DNA of 19,096 bases from Nitrospirota bacterium (GTDB lineage: Bacteria; Nitrospirota; UBA9217): positions 1 through 19,096 of the forward strand of contig CAVVOB010000025.1 in assembly GCA_963749655.1 (NCBI GenBank), in the 5' to 3' direction. Of this stretch, positions 1 through 7,408 are shown piece by piece (position 1 is the stretch's first letter; each line of letters begins with the position of its first letter). The translations under genes and the position numbers were made by a program. The notes beneath the pieces were generated by a model that saw only the letters and a list, made by a program, of their open reading frames with translations, ran no database searches and was not told the origin of the DNA.

Positions 1-130
1 CAGGAGCTCCTGGTCCTGGTCGACCAGCTGCCCTCCAGCTTCGCCAGGAGTTTATGCGCGTCGCTGGGGTGCCTATTTTCTTGTATATCTCCATCATCTC
101 CTGCATATCCATCTTCTTTTCCTTTGCCAT
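1..130 (-). CDS. DUF1579-like protein, N-terminal part (runs off the window; frameshift near 65)
   Basis: Minus strand has RBS AAGGAG, then ATG at 130: MAKEKKMDMQEMMEIYKKIGTP. After a 1-nt shift it reads (G)DAHKLLAKLEGSWSTRTRS, matching the 'MDMQxMM..TPGxxHKLLAxLxGxW' start I recognise for DUF1579 proteins. Confidence 0.65.
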   Translation of the reverse strand, partial: MAKEKKMDMQEMMEIYKKIGTPATRINSWRSWRAAGRPGPGAP

Positions 131-570
131 GGCGATTCTCCTTTACATCATCGATGAATTGCGCTCTTAATTCGTAAGCAAAGCGCGTCCGGTCGTCGTA
201 GTCAATACGATGAATGTATTACAAAAAAAAGGCGGACCCGCGCAGCGCGTGCACGCTGCTTTACGCTGAAACGGGACGAGAATGACCTGACTTGATGTTT
301 AAGCGAGTTGAATGCGGCGAATTTTGAAATACAACTTCCGGGAAAACCGGGAATTGAGTGAATCAGCGGCCTCAATTGTTACGGTAACGAGATGTTCGGC
401 TATGGAGTGTCTCTATTATGATTATCAGGCTTAAGATTGGAATCGCGAAATGTTGGATCATTTCCGTGGTATGGTAAGGCACGATTTTTCAGGTACGCCT
501 TTCTCCTTGCAAGCAGTGCGTTCAAGAGTTAAAATAATAGTCGTCCAGTTTATCGGGAGGCATCTCAGAC

Positions 571-770
571 ATGAGCGACGCGATCACTTCCGTACTCAGC
601 CAGGTCACCCAGGTGCAGGCGAACATGTCCAGCTGATTTCGACAGCCATCGTGAAGTCCAGGGCCGAGGCGGAAGCAGCGGTCGCTGACATGCTGGCACA
701 GGATGCCGCCCGGCTGAAGGCGCTGGAGTCCCGGAGCTCCGCAGGGACGGTTGTGGATCTGTATGTCTGA
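571..770 (+). CDS. Small YjfB/putative motility-like protein (~66 aa; frameshift near 630)
   Basis: GGGAGG (555-560) precedes ATG 571: MSDAITSVLSQVTQVQANMS. Adding one C at 'tcc agc' joins it to QLISTAIVKSRAEAEAAVADMLAQ...GTVVDLYV*. The C-terminal GxxVDxYV is typical of YjfB-like proteins. Confidence 0.55.
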
Positions 771-971
771 AACAACGGACGTGCAGGGTTCTGTGATTCC
801 CCTTTTTGTTCACCCTTGCCGTTCACGCCTTCCATAATCCCGAAACAATGCTCGTACCTGTTATTCATTTCACAGAACTCTGAACAATTCCCCCTCCTTG
901 CTTCTTTTCCGCTGCTTCCTTGAAGCGCAACGGCAGATAGGGCTGTAAGCGCCACTCCCGCGCCTTTTTGA

Positions 972-1000
972 TTGAAACTTCCCTCGATTTATTCCATAAT
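972..1000 (+). promoter_or_regulatory. Sigma70-type promoter upstream of the aldolase pair
   Basis: TTGAAA (972-977), 17-nt spacer, CATAAT (995-1000), 40 nt before ATG 1041. Confidence 0.55.
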
Positions 1001-1040
1001 GCGGCTCTGGCATTCATGAAAGGGAGCGAGGCACGAGGCC

Positions 1041-1685
1041 ATGACGAAAGAATTATTTATAGACAATCTAAAGAAGCACCAGCTTATGGTCGCGGTGCGC
1101 ACGGAGACCGCGGAGGATGCGCACCTGGCTGCTGCTGCCTGCGTGGAAGGCGGCATCAAGTTCATCGAGATTACCTTCTCCGTGCCGGGCGCTGAAGAGG
1201 TCATCAGAAAATTAAGCAAGGACGGCCGCGTGTCAGTCGGAGCAGGCACGGTGCTGACCGTTGCGGAAGGGAAGAAGGCCCTGGCCGCAGGAGCGACCTA
1301 TCTCGTTGCCCCGAATTTTGACGAAGAGGTCGTTGCCTTTGCCAAAAAAGAGGGCGTGGTGTCCATCCCCGGCGCGTGCACGCCTACGGAGATCTACCGT
1401 GCCTATAAGGCAGGCGGGGATATCATCAAGCTGTTCCCCTTTGTCGAGATCGGCGGACTGGGGTTTCTCAAGGCAATCAGAGGGCCGATGCCTTTTGTGA
1501 ATTATCTCCTCTGCGGCGGGGCGAACCTCGAGAACATCTCACAGTATTGCGCTGCGAAAGCAGCTGGCATCCTGATCGGCGCGGCGATCGTGAAGCGCGA
1601 CCTCGTGGCGAAAAAGGACTGGGCCGGCATCACCGGGCTGGCGAAAGAGTTTGTCGGGAAGATAACGAGCAGTTTTGAGTTTTGA
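1041..1685 (+). CDS. eda: KDPG/KHG aldolase (Eda family, class I aldolase)
   Basis: 214 aa with family motifs AVR, GGIKFIEITFSVP, VGAGTVLT, GATYLVAP, IPGACTPTEI and the Schiff-base Lys in IIKLFP. Confidence 0.88.
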   Translation: MTKELFIDNLKKHQLMVAVRTETAEDAHLAAAACVEGGIKFIEITFSVPGAEEVIRKLSKDGRVSVGAGTVLTVAEGKKALAAGATYLVAPNFDEEVVAFAKKEGVVSIPGACTPTEIYRAYKAGGDIIKLFPFVEIGGLGFLKAIRGPMPFVNYLLCGGANLENISQYCAAKAAGILIGAAIVKRDLVAKKDWAGITGLAKEFVGKITSSFEF

Positions 1686-1730
1686 GTTATCAGGCTCGAT
1701 TTTCGGGTTGCGAGTCCCGAGTTTCAAGTT
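1671..1730 (+). repeat. Heptamer tandem array (AGTTTTG-like, ~8.5 units)
   Basis: agttttg agttttg agttatc aggctcg attttcg ggttgcg agtcccg agtttca agtt in unbroken 7-bp register; overlaps the eda stop codon. Confidence 0.75.
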
Positions 1731-1841
1731 ACTGCAGAAAGAACACCTTTAACTTCCCCTGAATGGGGAAATCGTGTATTATTGCCCATCCTGTTCCGAA
1801 TGAAACGAACGGGAACATTCAATTTTCGGAGGTAGCACGGC

Positions 1842-2792
1842 ATGTTTCGTCCCCAGATAAAAGTCCTCGATTGCACGGTCCGCGACGGCGGCCTGATAAA
1901 CCAGTGGCAGTTCAGCGACGAGTTCGTGCGCAAGGTTTTCATCGCGCTCACGCAGGCGGGCGTGGATTACATGGAGATCGGGTACAAGTCGTCGGAGAAA
2001 TATTTTTCGCGCACCGACAACGGTGCGTGGAAGTTCTGCTGCGAGGACGACCTGAAGCGGATCGTGGGCGGCGTGGACACGACGATGAAGCTCTCCGCCA
2101 TGGCCGACATCGGCCGCATCGACCATCACGATATCCCGCAGAAGAGCGAGAGCGCCCTCGACATGATCAGGGTCGCGTGCTATGCCAAGGAAGTGGACAA
2201 GGCGATCGACCTGGCGCACCACTGCATGGACAAGGGCTTCGAGACCACGATCAACCTGATGGCGGTCTCGAAGGTGCTCGAAAAGGAGCTCGACGAGGCG
2301 CTCGTCGACCTCTCGAAGAGCAATGTTCCGGTCATCTACCTCGTGGACAGCTTCGGGGCCATGTATTCCGAGCAGGTGCAGTTCTTCGCGAAAAAATACA
2401 TGGATGCGCTGCCGGGCAAGGAGCTCGGCATCCACACCCACAACAACCAGCAGCTCGCGTTCTCGAACACGATCGACGGGATCATCGCGGGTATCAACCG
2501 CCTGGACGCCACGATCTACGGCATGGGCCGGGGCGCGGGCAACTGCCCCCTGGAGCTGTTGCTGTCGTTCCTCAAGAACCCCAAGTTCGACATACGGCCG
2601 GTCATCGAGATCATCCAGGACACATTCATTCCCATGAAAGCGAAAGTCGAATGGGGCTATCACATTCCTTACATGATCACGGGCATTCTGAACGAGCATC
2701 CCCGCAGCGGCATGAAAGCAATGGGAATGAAGAAGCTGCCGGATCTGAAGAAGTTCTACGAGGACTTGAGGGACGGGACGCCGCTCGATTAG
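1842..2792 (+). CDS. DRE-TIM metallolyase, 4-hydroxy-2-oxovalerate-aldolase-like (HMGL-like) protein
   Basis: RBS GGAGG. Motifs LDCTVRDGG, GVDYMEIGY, IYLVDSFG, metal-binding GIHTHNN, and DATIYGMGRGAGNCPLELL. Confidence 0.85.
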   Translation: MFRPQIKVLDCTVRDGGLINQWQFSDEFVRKVFIALTQAGVDYMEIGYKSSEKYFSRTDNGAWKFCCEDDLKRIVGGVDTTMKLSAMADIGRIDHHDIPQKSESALDMIRVACYAKEVDKAIDLAHHCMDKGFETTINLMAVSKVLEKELDEALVDLSKSNVPVIYLVDSFGAMYSEQVQFFAKKYMDALPGKELGIHTHNNQQLAFSNTIDGIIAGINRLDATIYGMGRGAGNCPLELLLSFLKNPKFDIRPVIEIIQDTFIPMKAKVEWGYHIPYMITGILNEHPRSGMKAMGMKKLPDLKKFYEDLRDGTPLD

Positions 2793-2793
2793 A

Positions 2794-2842
2794 AGTTTCG
2801 AGTTTTGAGTTTCGAGTTTTGGGTTTTAAGTCTCAGGTCTTC
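2794..2842 (+). repeat. Heptamer tandem array (AGTTTYG, ~7 units)
   Basis: agtttcg agttttg agtttcg agttttg ggtttta agtctca ggtcttc, starting 2 nt after the TAG stop. Confidence 0.8.
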
Positions 2843-2903
2843 GCGGCTGTGAGTTTCTGCGCGGTAATGGATGGCTTTAGCGGGCAAAGCGAAAAGCTTC
2901 TCA

Positions 2904-3150
2904 GCCACAAAGGGCACTGAGAGCACAAATGAAATCATAACAATCGCTGTTGCAATCCCGCGCCTTGGCATCCCCCGGCTCCTGCCGGGGGTGGAAAGCG
3001 CTCACTCGCGCGTGACACGAACGTGTCACGCATGCGCGAGTTCGCAGTTCCGGGAGGTCGCGTTGTTCGAGGGAGCCTCCGGCTCCTGCCGGAGGGGGCT
3101 CCACTAACTGTAAGCTTTTTCTTTCTCTGTGCCCTCTGTGATTTCTGGCA
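2904..3150. repeat. Nonamer-unit inverted repeat element interrupted by a miniature IS200/IS605 element
   Basis: Left arm gccacaaagggcactgagagcacaaa (2904-2929). Right arm tttctctgtgccctctgtgatttctggca (3122-3150), reverse complement ...cacagagggcacagagaaa. Confidence 0.7.
2956..3104 (+). mobile_element. Non-autonomous IS200/IS605-family miniature element (PATE-like), 149 bp
   Basis: Left end: target GCAA (2952-2955), guide GCAT (2968-2971), hairpin CCCCCGGC-TCCT-GCCGGGGG, outer stem GCGCCTT/AAAGCGC. Right end: guide GGAG (3072-3075), hairpin CCTCCGGC-TCCT-GCCGGAGG, terminal CCAC (3101-3104). No transposase ORF inside. Confidence 0.72.
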
Positions 3151-3182
3151 AAGAAATTTAATCTTACAGGCTAAAATCAATC

Positions 3183-3686
3183 TTACTCCGTCTCGCACGG
3201 CGGAACCACTTCCTTCAGCTTCTTGAGCCTCTCCGGGGTGAGCTCTGTCTTCACTTCATAGGCGCCCGTTGCGTGGGCGTCCTTTTTTTTCATCAACAGC
3301 CATTCCTTGCCCGTTGATTTCGGAAGACCTTTCATCTGTGCAAGGGCAAAGGCGCCCTTCAGCTTCTCCCCTTTGAGCTCAAAGCTCAACTTGCCGCTCC
3401 TTAACGCGTCTTCCGGATCAGCATCAAGAGCAATAAATTCTCCGGAGTCCCATACAACCACCGGCCCGGCGCCGTAGCGGCCTTCCGGAATGAGCGCCTC
3501 GAAATCGATATATTCCAGGGGATGGTCCGGCACCATGACCGCCAGGCGTTTGTCCGCAGGATTCATCGACGGGCCCTTGGGGATTGCCCAGGACTTGAGC
3601 ACGCCGCCGATCTCGAGCCGGAAATCGTAATGAAGCCGCTTGGCTTTATGCTCGTGAACGACGAAGCGAAGATGTTCGGGTGACAT
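3183..3686 (-). CDS. Stand-alone LigD 3'-phosphoesterase (DNA ligase D N-terminal/PE domain) protein
   Basis: FVVHEHKAKRLHYDFRLE..GVLKSWAIPKGPS..PADKRLAV..PDHPLEY..FE..IPEGRYGAGPVVVWDSG is the canonical PE signature. At 167 aa it has no ligase or polymerase domain. Confidence 0.92.
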   Translation of the reverse strand: MSPEHLRFVVHEHKAKRLHYDFRLEIGGVLKSWAIPKGPSMNPADKRLAVMVPDHPLEYIDFEALIPEGRYGAGPVVVWDSGEFIALDADPEDALRSGKLSFELKGEKLKGAFALAQMKGLPKSTGKEWLLMKKKDAHATGAYEVKTELTPERLKKLKEVVPPCETE

Positions 3687-3751
3687 GGCGCTGCCTCACT
3701 TTTTTAGACACGAAGAATTGCGTTAATCCGTGGTCAAGCGGGGACATCTTT

Positions 3752-3848
3752 TTAGCCACGAATTTCACGAATTGACACGAATTGAAAAGCAAGACTAAAA
3801 ATTTATGCTTGGTTTAAAAGCCGTTCATTCGTGAGAATTCGTGGCTAA
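3752..3848. repeat. Nonamer-unit inverted repeat element (CACGAAT type)
   Basis: ttagccacgaat ttcacgaat tgacacgaatt (3752-3783) faces ccgttc attcgtgaga attcgtggctaa (3821-3848). Perfect 13-bp terminal IR TTAGCCACGAATT and an AT-rich spacer. Confidence 0.85.
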
Positions 3849-3864
3849 CCCTTTTTTCGACCCT

Positions 3865-4470
3865 TCAATGTTTTTGTCCTGCTGCCCTGCAGAAGGGCAG
3901 AATCCGGCACCGCACTCGTTCCCGGTACCGATCATACTCCGCCCCAAACCTGCTGCGGAGCTCCCGCTCCTCGAGCGGGATGATCGCTGCGTTTACCAGG
4001 AGCGCGTCGAGCACGGCTGCAATACCTACGGCAATCACGCCGCTCCAGAGAAACAGGCCGACGAGCATCAGAGTGTGCGACAGGTAGGTCGGGTGGCGCA
4101 TGATCGCGAAGGGCCCCCGGTCCACGATCCGTCCGGCCACGTTCGTGACCTCGGGCATGCCCGTGATCACCGGACCGGTAAGAAGCCGCAGCGTCCAGAT
4201 CTGGAGTCCGAGGCCGAGGAGAAGGATGACCATGCCTGCATCATTCACAAAAGAGGGCAGAGCGGCTTTGTAGCGCAGGAGAAAATCGCGAAGCGTAAAG
4301 AGGACGACGGCAAGCGGCATCCAGGTGACCACCGGGAGGACATAGGTCAGAAAGCCGAGGCGGCGGAAAAAAGCAGGGAGCGCATGGACCGGAACCCAGA
4401 ACAGGGGGATGACCGGCCAGATGACGAGGGCGGCCAGGGCGATAGATCTGCGAAGGAATGCTCCATACAT
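3865..4470 (-). CDS. Isoprenylcysteine carboxyl methyltransferase/PEMT family membrane protein
   Basis: Multi-TM protein with IVDRGPFAIMRHPTYL and EERELRSRFGAEYDRYRERV motifs. Confidence 0.85.
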   Translation of the reverse strand: MYGAFLRRSIALAALVIWPVIPLFWVPVHALPAFFRRLGFLTYVLPVVTWMPLAVVLFTLRDFLLRYKAALPSFVNDAGMVILLLGLGLQIWTLRLLTGPVITGMPEVTNVAGRIVDRGPFAIMRHPTYLSHTLMLVGLFLWSGVIAVGIAAVLDALLVNAAIIPLEERELRSRFGAEYDRYRERVRCRILPFCRAAGQKH

Positions 4471-4514
4471 CTATTATACGACCGCAGTGACCATCGTTCA
4501 ACTGCCTCTTCGCA

Positions 4515-6244
4515 TCATCCGTCCCGCAGCCCTGCTATCTGCGTTTTCAGGGGGAGAGGGATCTCGAGGACCAGCTGCGTGCCTGTACCGAACGTGACCG
4601 CAACTCCCCCTCCGAGTTCAGTCGCGCGTCTCCGGATGTTCGCCAGTCCCCGCCCGCTGCAGTCGCTCTGGCTGCAGCCGATGCCGTTGTCATTGACCGA
4701 GAGCCGCAGTCCGTTTCCGTCGATCGTGAAGCTGACGGTAACCGCCGTTGCCCGGGCATGCTTGATGATGTTCGTAAGCGATTCCTTGTAGATCTTGAAG
4801 AGGTTGACGCAGAGCAGGCTGCCCGGTTCACCGGCTTGTTCGTCGTCAATCGAGGTTTCGAGGCTGAACCTGATGCTGTGGGGCTCCAGCAGGGTGTTTC
4901 CCTGGCTCCTGATCTCCGTCGCCAGCGTGCGCCAGCTCAGCCCGTTCGTATCGATGCTCCGCATGAAGCTCCTGATCTCCGTGACGCCCTCCCGGGCAAG
5001 CTGGGAGATGGTCGCAAGCCTGCTGCGCACTTCGTCGATGTCGCCCGACTTCTGCGCCACCTCGGCGATGATGCTGATGTTCGTCGTTATCCCGCCGACG
5101 CCGTCATGGAGCTCCATGATGATGTTTTCCTTTTCCCGGACATGCCGCTCCTCTTCCTGGATCCGCTCCTCGTAGAGCCGGACCTTTTCCTCCTCCGCCC
5201 GCTTCCTGTCCGTGATATCGAACAGCGTCGCAATGACCGCCGGCTTTCCTTCGTACACGACGATCCCGGCCGTGGCAGTGGCCCAGCGCTCGTCGCCGCC
5301 CTTGGTCAGGATCTTGAACTCGTATTCCGCGGGTACGCCCTTGTCCCGAGAGCCGCGTCGTGCCCCGCTGCCGCACCATCTCGCGGTGGTCGGGGTGCAC
5401 GATCTCCCAGAAGGTCCATCTGCGACAGCTCCTCGCGGCTGTACCCGGTGATCCGCTGGACCGTGGGATTGGCGTACAGCAGCGTGCTGCCCCGGTGAAT
5501 GATGATCGAGGCGGCCGTGGTCTCGGCAAGGGTGCGGAACCGGGACTCGCTTTCCTTGAGCGAGCGAACGGCCCGGTCCACGGCTTCGTTCAGCTGGTTC
5601 TTTTCCACGGCATGCTTCTGCTGCTCGAGCTCCTGCATCCGCCTCGTCTGCATGAATTCGCGGCGGTTGTACAGCTCGCGCTGATAATTCGTGAACATGC
5701 CCATCAGGTTCGCCGAAACGTAGAAGAAGTTGTCGGTCAGGAAGACCGAAAGCGCGGGAGGATGGAGCAGCACCGCGGAGATCTCGTACATGCCGATGAT
5801 GGTCCAGCCCACCATCGTGGCGGCGAGGAACCCCAGCTTGAAGGCCGTATAGGCGGTCATGAACACGAGCAGCAATCCGGCAAAGTGAAGATAGGGCGCC
5901 TGCACATGGGTAAGATCGATCAGAACCACGATACCCGCGCCCCCCACCAGCGCCAGGAACGCGACGGCGTGTTGCTGGTATTTTCTGAAAAGCGGCGAGA
6001 AGGAGAAGGCGACTACGGCGCAGGTAACCGGAAGGACGACGGCATACCGTATGATCCAGGCTTCGACCCTGACATTCGGCGTGACCAGGAAGTCGACGAT
6101 GCCGAAGAGCGCGTAGATCACGCCCACGACGATGATGTTGATCCGGAGCTGCTTCAGGGTGTTGTGAAAGGTCTCGTCCTGGTAAATACGTTCGAGTTCT
6201 CGCGGGAATTTGAGGCGATATTTATCGATCGGGAATTCGTTCAT
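4515..6244 (-). CDS. Membrane-bound PAS sensor histidine kinase, HisKA_3 (NarX/UhpB-like) class; frameshifts near 5412 and 5340
   Basis: Three ORF pieces join in order: several N-terminal TM helices; ESESRFRTLAE-PAS (YANP..TGYSREEL..MD/FWEIVHPDHRE../VPAEYEFKILTKGGDERW..DITDRK); H-box ELHDGVGG; ESLTNIIKHA; DNGIG; GRGLANIRRRA. Confidence 0.85.
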
Positions 6245-6326
6245 GGGATGCCCTTATTCCTCGGCTGGATTACAGGCCGTTTTTCAGTCCCGTGCACCGG
6301 CTGTCGATCGAGCTGGCAGATGGTCC

Positions 6327-6355
6327 AGTATAGGGGAGCCGGTGTTTGCAGTCAA
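6327..6355 (-). promoter_or_regulatory. Sigma70-type promoter for the sensor kinase
   Basis: Minus strand TTGACT, 17-nt spacer, TATACT. Confidence 0.65.
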
Positions 6356-6416
6356 GCATAATCCTGGCTCGGGGAGCGCCTTTTCGCGACGGGCACTACC
6401 GCATTCTCTGTATATA

Positions 6417-6425
6417 TGGTATGAT
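6417..6425 (+). promoter_or_regulatory. Extended -10 promoter for the DsbA/FrnE-like gene
   Basis: TGgTATGAT, about 40 nt upstream of ATG 6466. Confidence 0.4.
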
Positions 6426-6465
6426 CCTTTTAAAGACCGATTCTTTTTTCAGGCGGGGGTGCCCC

Positions 6466-7059
6466 ATGCCCATTACCGTGAAGATCTTTTCAGACTACAT
6501 CTGACCGTTTTGTTTCATCGGCGAGGGCATCGTCGAAAAGCTCAAACAGGAATTCGATCTCGAGGTCGATTGGCAGGGCGTGGAGATCCACCCCGAAACG
6601 CCAGCCAAGGGCAGGCCGCTCGCAGACCTGTTCCGCGCAGAAGACATCAGCCGCATGATGGACCACCTCCGGACCATGGGCGCAGCCTTCGGCATCACCT
6701 TTGCCGAGCGTCCCTTCCTGTCCAACTCACGACCGGCGCTCCAGGCAGCGGAGTTCGCCCGCGAGCAGGGAGCGTTCGACGCCCTTCATCCCGTCCTGTT
6801 CAGCGCTTATTTTTCCCAGGGCCTGGACATCGGAGACCTCGACATCCTCTCGCAGATAGCCCGCGACGCGGGTCTCGATGCCGGCGCCGTGATCGACGCC
6901 GTCAAAAGCGGGAGATACCTTCCCCGCCTCGAGGCGGCGAAGGAGGAGGCGACCCGCCTCGGCGTGACCGGCGTGCCGATGTTCTTCATCAACGAAAAAA
7001 AATCCATCGTCGGCGCACAGCCCCTCGACGTGTTTCGCAAAGCCTTCAAGTCGCGCTGA
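6466..7059 (+). CDS. DsbA/FrnE-family thiol oxidoreductase, probable selenoprotein (UxxC; Sec at codon 13)
   Basis: ATG 6466 gives MPITVKIFSDYI-TGA(6502-6504)-PFCFIGEGIVEKLKQEFDLEVDWQGVEIHPETP, in frame with the called ORF 6580-7059, which has the cis-Pro motif GVTGVPMF and GAQP. The UGA occupies the first Cys of the D-x-x-C-P-x-C motif. Confidence 0.85.
6505..6550 (+). promoter_or_regulatory. Candidate bacterial SECIS element
   Basis: Stem UCGGCGA (6518-6524)/UCGUCGA (6530-6536) with G-leading loop GGGCA starting 20 nt after the UGA. Lower pairing UGUUU (6511-6515)/AAACA (6544-6548). Confidence 0.6.
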
Positions 7060-7101
7060 CCGCGGCGCATCCTCAGTTCGAATCAAAGAAACACACATGT
7101 C

Positions 7102-7300
7102 ACCGCGAAGGCGCGAGGGCCGCGAGGAAAGCGGAACTCGGAGTCTGGATTTGACCGCAGAATAGACAGAATACGCAGAAATAAGAACGAAGCAAAATGG
7201 TTTTTTTCTCTCCTTCTGCGTTGTTCTGCGAGTTCTGCGGTTACCTTATACTACGCAAAAGGAAGGTTTGCCTTCCCGGCGACCTTCGCGCCTTCGCGGT
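7102..7300. repeat. Two nested nonamer-unit inverted repeat elements
   Basis: Outer accgcgaaggcgcgagggccgc (7102-7123) / gcgaccttcgcgccttcgcggt (7279-7300), 20/22 complementary. Inner accgcagaa tagacagaa tacgcagaa (7154-7180) / ttctgcgttg ttctgcgag ttctgcggt (7214-7241). Confidence 0.85.
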
Positions 7301-7408
7301 AAATGCCGTTGGTTTCGTCCGTACCGCCGGGTCATTGTGCAAAAAGAAGCTCACTCCCGATATTTTTCAGGTACAATAAAATACATTGCTTCTCCGTCCG
7401 GAGGTCCC

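Noticed and set aside
378-388. Palindrome GTTAC-G-GTAAC resembling a LacI/GntR operator for eda
   Set aside because: About 650 bp from eda with another gene in between, odd spacing, and no regulator nearby.
478-548. Sigma54 (GGCACG...) or sigma28 promoter for the YjfB-like gene
   Set aside because: The -12 GC of sigma54 is absent at the required spacing, and the sigma28 -10 match is poor.
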